Below, piece after piece: positions 35,657-45,906 of a DNA stretch of 64,000 bases. Below the pieces are notes generated by a model. That model had not been told where the DNA came from, searched no databases, and saw nothing but the letters and a program-made list of their open reading frames with translations. The translations under genes were made by a program, and so were the position numbers. The DNA comes from an uncultured delta proteobacterium (GTDB lineage: Bacteria; Myxococcota_A; UBA9160; SMWR01): NCBI GenBank assembly GCA_963832165.1, contig CAWHTE010000001.1, forward strand, positions 1 through 64,000, given 5' to 3'. Positions within the stretch are counted from its first letter, which is position 1. Every line of letters starts with the position of its first letter.

Positions 35657-38600
35657 ATGAGCAAGCTCCTGTTAGCCTGGGTCGCGCTGCTGGCCACGCT
35701 CGCGCCGTCCGCCGCACCGGCTGCCGTTCCGAACCCGACCGTCACGGGCCCGATCCCGAATAGCCAGGGTGTGCACGGCCACCCGCTCTGGGACAGCTGG
35801 TTCGAGGTCGGCTCGCTCGGCTACACCGAGGGCGAGTACTTCATCGAGGGCGTCGCGCGTCAGCCCGGCTCGGCCGACACCGCGCCCTACCGCACGCGCA
35901 TCATCGTCACGCGACCGGCCGATCCCGCGAAGTTCAACGGCACTGTGCTGATGGACTGGGTGAACGTGACCGCGCAGTTCGAGAACGCGGTCGACACGCA
36001 GGAGTCGCACGATTACCTGCTGCGCGAGGGCTATGCGTTCGTGCACGTGAGCGCGCAGAAGGCCGGGATCTGCTGCACGCCGCTCACGCCGAAGGTGTGG
36101 GATCCGGTGCGCTACGGCATTCCGGACGCGTCGGACCCGCTGCCGATCCCGCTTCCCCCCACCCCGAACTCCGTACCCGGCCTGCACCACCCCGGCGACG
36201 CGTATGCGCTCGACATCTTCGCGCAGGTCGCGCAGGCGCTGAAGTCGCCGAGCGGCGTCGACCCGATGGGCGGGCTCGACGTGCAGCACATCGTCGCGGC
36301 GGGCCAGTCGCAGTCGGCCGGGAAGCTCGACGACTATCTCCACCAGTGGCAGGACGGCGCAGGCGAGCGCGTGATCGACGCGTTCCTGATCCACGGCCGC
36401 GTCGCGAATCGCGCCGAGCAGATCTCCGCGCGCGCGGACGAGGCCGCCTCGCGCGTGCTCCAGCTCAACAGCGATTTCGAGGCGTACGCGAACGCTCCGG
36501 GCGCCAATCCGTACTACACGCAGTGGGATGTCGCGGGCGCCGCGCACTCGAGCTTCTGGATCGGCGTGCACTCGGAGCTGGGCGGGGGGCCGCGCTTCGC
36601 GGACTCCCCTCAGCTGCCCGCGACCGCCGACGGCGATCTCCACGCCGGCAACGCGCCCTACCTCACGTTCGACACCTGGAACTACGGAGAGCAGATCAGC
36701 CCGGGCCAGCCGATCTGCATCCTGCAGGGCAACCAGTTCCCGATGCACTACGCGGTGAACGCGGCCCTCGACGCGATTCGGCGCTGGCTCGTCGACGGCG
36801 TGCAGCCGCCCTCGGGACCCCGATTCCAGGTGGACGGCGGCTCGCTCGCGCGCGACTCCTACGGCAACGCGCTCGGCGGCATCCGCCTCGCGCCGATCGA
36901 GCATCCCGTGGCGAGCTACCGCTCGGCCGATTGCGCGCTCGGCGGCACCACGGTGCCGTTCACCGAGCTGCAGCTGCTGCAGCTCTATCCCACGCACGCC
37001 GACTACGCGTGCCAGATGCGCGAGACGACCTATCAGAACGTGAAGGACGGATTCCTGCTCGAGGAAGACGCGCTCTCGCTGCTCTCGCGCGTCGACGGCG
37101 CGGTGAACCGCTGGCCGCTCGACGCGGGCGTGGCCGATTGCGACGACGACGCGATTCCCGACGCGCAGGACAACTGCCCGCTCGTCGCCAACACCGATCA
37201 AGCCGATCGCGGCGGCGTGAACACGCAGACGGCCGACGGGGTCGGCGACGCGTGCCAGTGCGGCGACGTGACGGGCAACGGCGTCGTGAACGGCCAGGAC
37301 GCCAACGCGATCAAGCGACACGGCCTCGGCGCGACGCCAAATCCGACCTTCCGCGAGCCCGGCAACTGCGACGCGACGGGCAACGGCAGGTGCAACGGTC
37401 AGGACGCGAACGCGCTGCGCGCCGTATTGATCGGACGCCCGCTGCCGATGTTCGGCCAGAACTGCCAGAACGCCGACCCGTACGCGCCCACCTGTACGGA
37501 CTGCGGCGAAGCCGACGGCAGCACGACCTGGCGGATCGAGGACGGGCCCAACGAGAAGGACCTGGCGCTCTACGCGTTCTTCTCGGCGACGTCCGGTGAC
37601 ACGATCGAGTTCGGGGAGGGCGCGTTCGAGTTCGACACGACGCTCGTGATGGCGGGCAACTCGGGCTCGCCCAAGGATGGCGTGACCATCCGAGGCCAGG
37701 GCCCGCGCAAGACGATTCTCGACTTCCTGGGCAGCCGCACGCCCGAGGGCCTCTCGTTCTCGCACATGGAAGGCCTCACGGTCGAGAACCTCACCGTGAT
37801 CGACACGCCGGGCTTCTCGCTCAAGGTCAGCGACTCCAACCACGTCGTGATCCGCAACGTGCGGACGATGTGGTCGAGCGCCGACAGCAATCCGCTCGAC
37901 GCGATCGACGATCGCGGCGGCATGGACCCGAAGAAGCCGTCCACGCTCGACGTGAGCTGCGTACACGAGCTGTCCTTCCCCGTGAGCACGGGCAAGTACG
38001 TGGACGCGAGCGGTCTGCCGCGCCTGTACCAGACCGATGCGGGCAACGGCGGCTACGCGATCTATCCCGTGCTCTCGAACGACGTGCTGATCGACCACGC
38101 GGTCGCGCTGGGCGCCTCCGACGCGGGCATCTACGTCGGCCAGTCGAACGACGTGATCGTGAAGAACAGCGAGGCGCTGTTCAACGTGGCGGGCTTCGAG
38201 ATCGAGAACACCGACGACGCCGACGTGTTCGACAACGTCGCGCACTGCAACACGGGCGGCTTCCTGACGTTCGACCTGCCGGGCCTGAACCAGTACGGCG
38301 AAGAGACCCGCACGTTCCGCAACTACGCCGGCTACAACAACACGGTGAACTTCGCGCCGGGTGGGGTCGTCTCCGACGTGCCGCAGGGCGTCGGCATGCT
38401 CCAGCTCGGCTACGACGAGCACGAGATCTTCCAGAACACGATCGAGTGGAACCGCACCGTGGGGCTCGTGTTCGTGGGCCACCCGCTGCTCGACGGCAAC
38501 ACCGACAACCCCGACAAGCGCATGGACCTCTATCCCGACGCCGTGCACGTGCACCACAACACGTTCACGACCAACGGCACGCTGCCGCAGCCGCCGGAGC

Positions 38601-40388
38601 TCGGCGTGATCACGTGCCAGGAGGGCACGGGACCCGGCTTCGATTCGATTCCGCCCTGCATTCCGACCGGCATCAACGACGCGCACGCCTCGCTCTTGCC
38701 CGCGCTGATCCAGATCAAGGGCGTGCTCGCGCTGCAGAACGGCGACACGTACGGCCCGACCGGCGCGCACATCACCTGGGACGGGGGGTACGAAGCCGAG
38801 CCCAACGACTGTCCCGCGAATCTCGTGCTCGACGACGATCCCGACCCGGACCCCGAGTTCGAGGCGATCCTCGACGACAACGGCAAGCCGCAGTACACGG
38901 GCGCGCACGATCCGCTCTGCCGCTACAACGCGTACAAGTTCACCGCGGGCGGCGAGCGCAAGGCTCCCGCAGTACTGGAGCTGCATCGACCCGGGCACCA
39001 ACGCGTTCAGCCCGGACAGCCGCCCCTACATGAACTTCGAGAACACCGATCCCACGGATCCGCCGCTGACCGACATCGCGGCGCACGACTGCACCGCGCG
39101 CTTCGGCACCAACCTCGCATCCCTCGACGAGGCGGTGGTCGAGCCGTTCGTGCCCGGCGCACCGGGGCCGCCGCCGCCGTCGCCCGAGCAGATCGCCGCG
39201 ATCTGCGCCGACTACAGCGGGAACCAGATCAACCGCGAAGCGCTCCAGTTCAACTGCCAGAAGCTCTCGGACTACAACCTGTTCGCGGATCCCACCGATC
39301 CGCGCACGGACGCGAACGAGGGCGGCACGCGCTTCGAGCTGACCACGCAGCTGTTCTCGGATTACGCGCACAAGTACCGCTTCGCGTTCCTGCCGCCGGG
39401 CCAGTCGGCGACCTGGCACGAGGGCAGCGCGGCCGCGCCGAACGCGACGCTGGGCTTCCCGGTGGGCACCGTGATCGCGAAGACGTTCGCGTTCCCGAAC
39501 GGTGCGAACGAAGAGGTCGTCGAGACGCGCCTGTTGATCCACCGCGAGAAGAGCGGCGGTGGATCGTACTGGGAGGGGATGGCGTTCATCTGGGACAAGG
39601 ACGGGAACGGAAACCGCACCGACGCGCATCTCGCGATCGCGGGCGGCACCGCGTCGGTGAGCTGGAACTACGAGGACCCGGACCCCGACGTGTCGGCGAC
39701 CTACGTCGGCAGCACGAGCCAATACCTGATCCCGCACGCGGAGCAGTGCGGCAGCTGCCACGTGAACGACGACAAGGACCCGGGCGACTCGCCGATCGGC
39801 GCCAAGGTGCGGCTGCTCAACCGGCCCGTGGACTACGGCAGCGGGCCCGAGAATCAGCTCCAGCACTGGGTCGACGCGGGCATGCTCAGCGGAGCGCCTG
39901 CGCTCGCGGTGGACGCGAGCGAGATCGCCACCAACGTGCAGCGCCTGCCGCGCTTCGACGTGCCCGGCGACCCCGCGAACATCCCGACCTCCGAGCCCGC
40001 GCGGCTCGCGCAGATGACGCCCACGGAGATCGATCACGAGCTGCGCGTGCGCAGCTGGATCGAGACCAACTGCGCGCACTGCCACAACCGCGACGGCCTC
40101 GCGCAGAGCACGGGCGTGTTCTTCGACGTGTTCCGGCGCGTGAACCTGAACTACGGAATCTGCAAGACGCCGACCACGGCCGGTAGCTCGTCGGGCGGCC
40201 GCAACTTCGACATCGTGCCCACGCACGCGGACGATTCGATCGTCTCGTTCCGCGTTCACTCGACCGATGCGAGCGCGCAGATGCCCCCGATCGCGCGCAG
40301 CGTGACGCACAACGAGGCCGTGGCGATCCTCGACGCCTGGATCGACGACGTCGTCGACGGGCGCTACGAGGGGTCGGGCTGCGAGTGA
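35657..40388 (+). CDS. Large secreted fusion: alpha/beta hydrolase + TSP3/dockerin-like + parallel beta-helix + diheme cytochrome c (SO2930-like); apparent +1 frameshift near 38963
   Basis: Signal peptide; KFNGTVLMDWVNVT, GQSQSAG; dockerin-like at about 37262-37435; GASDAGIYVGQS..NVAGFEIEN beta-helix; after the shift LFSDYAHKYRF, FPVGTVIAKTF, VETRLLI, CGSCH, CAHCH, MPPIAR. Confidence 0.8.
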
Positions 40389-40395
40389 TCGGTCT

Positions 40396-40468
40396 GGCGG
40401 ATTACGCCCTTCGGGCTAATCCGCCCTACGTAGGGCGGATTAGCGAAGCGAAGCGAGCGTAATCCGCC
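40396..40468. repeat. Back-to-back inverted pair of GTAG-family REPs
   Basis: GGCGGATTACGCCCTTCGGGCTAATCCGCCCTAC is immediately followed by GTAGGGCGGATTAGCGAAGCGAAGCGAGCGTAATCCGCC, between convergent genes. Confidence 0.88.
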
Positions 40469-40475
40469 ATTCAGG

Positions 40476-41552
40476 TCAGGCCTGGATGCCGCAATCGCGC
40501 AGTGCGCCGATCGCGTCGAGGTCCTCGACGGCGGCCTCGGCGCGCGCGAGGAATGCCTCCGAGAAGATCCGGCGTCCCTCGGAGATCTTCTCCGGAAACG
40601 CGGTGATCTGACACGACGCCACCACGGTGTAGGCCGCGTGCAGGCGGTGCGTTCGCCACGCCTCGTCGAAGCTCGCCGCCCACGCCTGGCCGCGCGCCTC
40701 ACAGACGTCGAGGTAGTGCCGGAGCAGGTCGCGCTCGTGCGCGCGGCGATCTTCGATCGAGAGCGCCATCGCGAGGAAGTAGGAGACGTCGCGCAAGGGA
40801 TGACCGATGCTCACGATCCCCCAATCGAGGAAGCCGATCCGCCCGCCGTCGTCGAAGATGTTGCCGATGTGCGGGTCGCCGTGGATCACGGTGACGGGGC
40901 CCTGCTCCCAGAGCCGGTGGATCGCATCGGCGCGCGCGATGTAGAGCGCCGCGACGTCGGCGAACGCATCGCTGAGCCGATGGCGGTGGTTGCGCAGGCT
41001 GTGGCTCAGCATCGCGATGCCGTAGCTCGGGTCGTAGGGCGGGGGAGGTACCCACGCCGCCTCGACCTTTCTGCGCGTGCGGTCGGCGTACTGCAGGTGC
41101 AGATCGGCGAGGTCCTCGAGCGCCACTGCCGCGGCGTCGGCGCCGACGCTCTTCGTCCCGTCGGAGATCTCACAGCCGCTGTGCCGCAGCTCCTCGAGCA
41201 GCAGCACGAACGAGCCGTCGCTCTCGTCGTGGCGCGCGACGTAGGCCGCGGGCACGCGCATCGCGACGTGCGGTGCTAACTGGTCGTAGAACCGCGCCTC
41301 GCGCACGCCCATTCCCGTGAGCGCGATCGCGCGTCGTCGCACCGGCACAGTCGGCAGCATCTTGCAGAACATCCACTCGGGAAGGCCCGCAGGCGGGTCG
41401 TACCGGAGGCGCAGCCGCGCGTGCGCGTTGGTGACCTCGTGGCGCTCGGCGACCTCGACCTCCACCACGCACACCCCGGGATGGCGTTCGGAGAGGGCCT
41501 GCGTGAGCCAGGCCGGATGGAGCGCTTCGGGTGAACCGGGGATCCGGCCCAT
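40476..41552 (-). CDS. APH/ecdysteroid-kinase-like phosphotransferase
   Basis: REARFY, LLLEEL, HGDPHIGN, FLDWG, DVSYFL. Confidence 0.88.
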   Translation of the reverse strand: MGRIPGSPEALHPAWLTQALSERHPGVCVVEVEVAERHEVTNAHARLRLRYDPPAGLPEWMFCKMLPTVPVRRRAIALTGMGVREARFYDQLAPHVAMRVPAAYVARHDESDGSFVLLLEELRHSGCEISDGTKSVGADAAAVALEDLADLHLQYADRTRRKVEAAWVPPPPYDPSYGIAMLSHSLRNHRHRLSDAFADVAALYIARADAIHRLWEQGPVTVIHGDPHIGNIFDDGGRIGFLDWGIVSIGHPLRDVSYFLAMALSIEDRRAHERDLLRHYLDVCEARGQAWAASFDEAWRTHRLHAAYTVVASCQITAFPEKISEGRRIFSEAFLARAEAAVEDLDAIGALRDCGIQA

Positions 41553-41571
41553 CGCGATATGCTAACGCGCG

Positions 41572-43767
41572 ATGGCGCGAACCACGCTTCCCTCGATCTG
41601 CCGCTTCTGCCACGCCAACTGCGGGATCCTGGTCGAGCTCGAGGAAGGCCGGCCCGTGCGCGTCACGGGGGATCGCTCGAACCCGGCCTACCACGGCTTC
41701 ACCTGCGCGAAGGGACGCCAGCTTCCCGCGCAGCACGTCCACCCGGATCGGCTTCTCCATTCACAGAAGCGGATCGCGCCGGGGCGCTTTGCCCCGATCG
41801 CGAGCGAGCGCGCGATCGACGAGGTGGCTGCGCAGATCCAGGCCCTGATCGCCGAACACGGGCCGCGCTCGGTCGCGCTCTACGCGGGCACCTACTCGGG
41901 TCCGCACCCCGCGACGATTCCGTTCGCGATCGGATGGCTGCTCGCGGCGGGCTCGCGCATGGTGTTCACGGCGGCCACGATCGATCAGCCGGGCAAGAAC
42001 ATCGCGAACGCGCTGCACGGGCGCTGGCTCGCGGGCTCGAACGTGTTCGACGAGTCGGACGCGTGGCTGCTCGTCGGCAACAACCCGCTGATCTCGATGT
42101 CGGGCGGCATTCCGCCCGCAAACCCTGCGCGCCGGCTGCGGGAGGCGCTGGCGCGCGGAATGAAGCTCGTGGTGATCGATCCCCGCCGCACCGAGGTGGC
42201 GCGCTTCGCGGACGTCTACCTGCAGCCGCGCCCGGGCGAGGATCCGACGCTGCTCGCGGCGCTTCTGCACGTGGTAATCCGCGATGGACTCGTCGACCGC
42301 GATTTCGTGCGCGACCACGTCTCGGGCTTCGAAGAGCTCGAGGCCGCCGTCGCGCCGTTCACGCCGCGCTTCGCCGCTGAACGCGCGGGCGTCGCGGCCG
42401 AGGAGATCGAGCGCGCGGCGCGCACCTTCGGCGGCGCGCAGCGCGGTTGTGGGGTAGCGGGCACGGGCCCCAACATGGCGCCGCGCGGAAACCTCACCGA
42501 GTACCTGCTGCTCTGTCTGAACACGCTCTGCGGGCGCTGGCGCCGCGCGGGCGAGCACGTGGCGAATCCCGGAGCGCTGCTGCCGAAGGCCACGCCCGTG
42601 GCCCAGGCGCAGTCGCCGCGCCGCGCGTTCGGGTTCGGCGAGAAGCTGCGCGTGCGCGGCCTCGCGAACAGCGCCGCGGGGCTGCCCACGGCCGCGCTCG
42701 CCGACGAGATCCTCGAGCCGGGCCCGGGCCGGATTCGCGCGCTGATCTGCGTCGGCAGCAATCCGATCGCGGCCTGGCCCGATCAGCACAAGACGCGGCG
42801 TGCGATGGACGAGCTCGATCTGCTCGTGACGCTCGACATGAAGTTCTCGGCGACCTCGCGCCTCGCTCACTACGTGATCGCGCCGAAGCTCTCGCTCGAG
42901 GTGCCCGGGCTCTCGCTCTCGATGGAAGCGCTGGAGCAGACCTACGTGGCGATGGGTTATTCCGAGCCCTACGCGCAGTACTCGCCCGCGATCGCGGAGC
43001 CGCCGCCGGGCTCCGACGTGATCGAGGAGTGGGAGTTCTTCTACGGCCTCGCCCGACGCATGGGGCTCCCGCTCTCCCTCTACCCGGTGCGTGCCGAGAC
43101 CGGGGTACTGCGCGAGCGGTCCGAGGTGATCGGCGTCGACATGGCGAACAAGCCGACGACCGACGAGATCTTCGCGCAGCTCGTCGCGGCCTCGCGCGTT
43201 CCGCTCGACGAGGTGAAACGACACCCGAACGGGGCGATCTTCCGCGATCCGCCGATCGCCGTTGCGCCGGCCGATCCCGCGAGCGCGGGCAGGCTCGACG
43301 TGGGCAACCCCGAGATGATGCGCGAGCTCGCCGAGGTGGCGGAGGAGGGCGCACGCAGCGCGCAGGTGAGCGGTCGCCCGTTCCGGCTCGTATCGCGGCG
43401 CATGCCCAACGTCTACAACTCGTCCGGCCGGGACATCGACGCGCTCACGCGCGGGCGGCCCTACAACCCCGCGTTCCTGCACCCCGAAGATCTCGCCGCG
43501 CTGGGTCTGGCCGAGGGCGATACGGTGCGGATCGCCTCGGACCACGCGAGCATCCTCGGCGTCGCGACGGCCGCGCCCGAGCTCCGGCGCGGAGTGCTCT
43601 CGATGTCGCACGCGTTCGGCGACGCGCCCGAGCGTGACGGCGAGTACCGCGAGATCGGCAGCACGACGGCCCGGCTCGTCGACACCGAGCGCGAGTACGA
43701 CCCCTACACGGGCATTCCGCGCATGAGCGCGATCCCGGTCTCGATCGAACGCGCGGAGGGCCTTTGA
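41572..43767 (+). CDS. Molybdopterin-dependent oxidoreductase with an N-terminal 4Fe-4S site
   Basis: CRFCHANC..CAKG, VIDPRRTE, PRPGED, C-terminal molybdopterin dinucleotide-binding domain (HPEDL..LGL.EGD.V); no Tat signal. Confidence 0.9.
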   Translation: MARTTLPSICRFCHANCGILVELEEGRPVRVTGDRSNPAYHGFTCAKGRQLPAQHVHPDRLLHSQKRIAPGRFAPIASERAIDEVAAQIQALIAEHGPRSVALYAGTYSGPHPATIPFAIGWLLAAGSRMVFTAATIDQPGKNIANALHGRWLAGSNVFDESDAWLLVGNNPLISMSGGIPPANPARRLREALARGMKLVVIDPRRTEVARFADVYLQPRPGEDPTLLAALLHVVIRDGLVDRDFVRDHVSGFEELEAAVAPFTPRFAAERAGVAAEEIERAARTFGGAQRGCGVAGTGPNMAPRGNLTEYLLLCLNTLCGRWRRAGEHVANPGALLPKATPVAQAQSPRRAFGFGEKLRVRGLANSAAGLPTAALADEILEPGPGRIRALICVGSNPIAAWPDQHKTRRAMDELDLLVTLDMKFSATSRLAHYVIAPKLSLEVPGLSLSMEALEQTYVAMGYSEPYAQYSPAIAEPPPGSDVIEEWEFFYGLARRMGLPLSLYPVRAETGVLRERSEVIGVDMANKPTTDEIFAQLVAASRVPLDEVKRHPNGAIFRDPPIAVAPADPASAGRLDVGNPEMMRELAEVAEEGARSAQVSGRPFRLVSRRMPNVYNSSGRDIDALTRGRPYNPAFLHPEDLAALGLAEGDTVRIASDHASILGVATAAPELRRGVLSMSHAFGDAPERDGEYREIGSTTARLVDTEREYDPYTGIPRMSAIPVSIERAEGL

Positions 43768-44528
43768 TGCAGCGGCTCGAGGGTCGCGTCGCGCTCGTCA
43801 CGGGCGCGGGCCAGGGGATCGGGCGCGCGATCGCGCTCGCGTTCGCGCGCGAGGGCGCCGACGTCGCGGTGGCGGAGCTCGATCCCGCCAACGCGAAGGG
43901 CAGTGCCGAAGCCGTGCGCGCGCTGGGCCGGCGCTGCGCGTGCATCGTCGCCGACGTCGGCGTGCGCGCCGACTGCGAGCGCGCGGTGGAGGAGACGGTA
44001 CGCGAGCTCGGCGGCCTCGACGTGCTCGTGAACTGCGCGGCCTGGGCGCAGCCGAACACGCCGGTCCACGAGACCTCGGACGAGCTCTACCAGCGCACCT
44101 TCGACGTGTGCATGACGAGCGTGTTCTGGACCACGCGCGCGGCCTATCCCCATCTCAAGAAGAGCGGGCGCGGTTCCGTGATCAACTTCGCGTCGAACGC
44201 GGGCACCGAGGGGATGGCCGGCAACGCCGTGTACGCGGCCACCAAGGAGGCGATCCGCGGCTTCTCGCGCTCGCTCGCGCGCGAGTGGGGGCGCGACGGC
44301 ATCCGCGTGAACATGATCCGCCCGATCGCGGCGTCGCCGAGCCTCGCGGGCTGGATCGAGGAGAACCCGAAGCTCGCCGCGGTGCAGGCGCGTGCGATTC
44401 CGCTCGGCCGGTTCGGCGATTGCGACGCCGACATCGCGCCGGTCGCGGTGTTCCTCGCGAGTGACGAGAGCCGTTACCTCACGGCAGTGACGCTGCCGGC
44501 CGACGGCGGCGGCGGACAGGAGCGATGA
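43767..44528 (+). CDS. Short-chain dehydrogenase/reductase
   Basis: TGAGQGIG, YAATK, REWG..GIRVN; TGATG coupling. Confidence 0.93.
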   Translation: MQRLEGRVALVTGAGQGIGRAIALAFAREGADVAVAELDPANAKGSAEAVRALGRRCACIVADVGVRADCERAVEETVRELGGLDVLVNCAAWAQPNTPVHETSDELYQRTFDVCMTSVFWTTRAAYPHLKKSGRGSVINFASNAGTEGMAGNAVYAATKEAIRGFSRSLAREWGRDGIRVNMIRPIAASPSLAGWIEENPKLAAVQARAIPLGRFGDCDADIAPVAVFLASDESRYLTAVTLPADGGGGQER

Positions 44529-44977
44529 TGCGCGATTGGATCTGGATCCTCGCGGTGTGCATTTCGTGGGCCCCGCCGGCTGCGGCCTGGGACAAGCGCG
44601 CGACCAACATGTCCGGCAATGCGGGTCAGACCTGCGCAATGCAGGAGAACGCGCAGGTCGGCGTGAACTTCAGCAACGTCGTCGTCACGGATCTCAAGAA
44701 GGTCGGTTCGGAGATGGACAGGAAGATCGACGAGCTGATCGCGCTCGCGAAGCAGTCCGGCCTCCAGAAGATCGAGGTGCAGTCCTACAGCTACAACATC
44801 TACGCCGTCTCGAGCGGCGTGCCGATGCCCGCGGGTGTGCCCATCCCCTATCAGTACAGCGGCAACGTGAGCTTTGCGGTCGAGCCGTGCGAGAAGGCGT
44901 CCGGTTTGATGTCGCTGCTCGCGGACAAGGGATATTCGGCGAGCCTCAACGTCAACGCGTATCGCCAGTGCCAGTGA
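44525..44977 (+). CDS. Secreted hypothetical protein (possibly half of a SIMPL-like fold)
   Basis: Signal peptide ending AAA; natural codon usage; beta-alpha-beta-beta-alpha-beta pattern. Confidence 0.65.
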   Translation: MMRDWIWILAVCISWAPPAAAWDKRATNMSGNAGQTCAMQENAQVGVNFSNVVVTDLKKVGSEMDRKIDELIALAKQSGLQKIEVQSYSYNIYAVSSGVPMPAGVPIPYQYSGNVSFAVEPCEKASGLMSLLADKGYSASLNVNAYRQCQ

Positions 44978-45359
44978 ACATGTCGGCGGTGTAATCGCGC
45001 GTGAGCAGCTCGAGCAGGTGGCCGCTCGGGTCGCGGAAGTAGACGCCGCGCCCGCCGTTCCAGGAATTGATCTGCATGTCATCGGACGCGAACGGTCCGC
45101 TGCCGTAGGCGAGGCCCGCGTCCTTGATCCGCGCGAAGATCTCGTCGAACTCGGCCTCGCTGACCTTGAACGCGTAGTGGCGCGGTGTGAACGAGTCGTC
45201 CTGGTCGAAATCGAGCGTGAGCGATTGGCTCTGGATCTTCACGGGCGTGAAGTGGCCCATCGCGCCGACGTACTCGAATCCGAACATGTGCTCGTAGAAG
45301 CGCGCGGACTGCTCCTTGTCGCGGGCCGGAACGATCGTGTGGTTGAGCTCGATGGTCAT
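44952..45359 (-). CDS. VOC/glyoxalase family protein
   Basis: LNHTIV, HYAFKVSEAEFD, GGRGVYFRDPSGHLLELLT. Confidence 0.92.
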   Translation of the reverse strand: MTIELNHTIVPARDKEQSARFYEHMFGFEYVGAMGHFTPVKIQSQSLTLDFDQDDSFTPRHYAFKVSEAEFDEIFARIKDAGLAYGSGPFASDDMQINSWNGGRGVYFRDPSGHLLELLTRDYTADMFTGTGDTR

Positions 45360-45395
45360 GGGGGGTCCTCCGGGCGCATTCCCGAACGTATCCCT

Positions 45396-45899
45396 TCAGA
45401 CCGACGCGAGCACGGCGCGCCACGCGGCGAGCTTCTTCGCGTAGGACAGCGAAGCGTGTGCCGGACTCGTCGAGGGCAGCCGGTAGTAGGCGAGATCGCC
45501 GAGCGCACCGAGCTTCGGCAGCGCGTATCTCTGGAACGAGGCCTCGGCCTTCGCACCGTTGAAGCAGACGGTGCGGATGTGCGGATGCGCGCGCAGGAAG
45601 CTCGGAAACGCGTTAGGCACGATCGACGACTCGACGACGTCGGAATCGAGGCTGCTCACGCGCGTGCACGACTTCATCACGTCCCAGAGCGCGATCCGAC
45701 GCGCGCGCAGCGCCGCGAGCCGTACGTCGTAGGGCGCGGCTGCGTCGAACTCGAGCAGCTCCGCGGCGATCCTCCAGAACGCGTTCTGCGGATGCGCGTA
45801 GTACTGCTTCACGCGCAGCGACACCTTGCCGGGCATCGAGCCCAGGATCAGCACGCGGCTCGAGGGGTCGGAGATCGGCGGGAAGCTGTGCACGCGCAT
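45396..45899 (-). CDS. Uracil-DNA glycosylase superfamily, DNA-deoxyinosine glycosylase type
   Basis: LILGSMPG..SL..QYYAHPQNAFW, ALWDV, FNG, LPSTSPAHA. Confidence 0.9.
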   Translation of the reverse strand: MRVHSFPPISDPSSRVLILGSMPGKVSLRVKQYYAHPQNAFWRIAAELLEFDAAAPYDVRLAALRARRIALWDVMKSCTRVSSLDSDVVESSIVPNAFPSFLRAHPHIRTVCFNGAKAEASFQRYALPKLGALGDLAYYRLPSTSPAHASLSYAKKLAAWRAVLASV

Positions 45900-45906
45900 C
45901 GGGAGA

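Noticed and set aside
26725..39001. Very long minus-strand ORFs opposite the dockerin cluster (711, 925, 1109 aa)
   Set aside because: Arg/Ala/Gly-rich shadow frames expected at high GC; the plus-strand frames carry the signal peptides and motifs.
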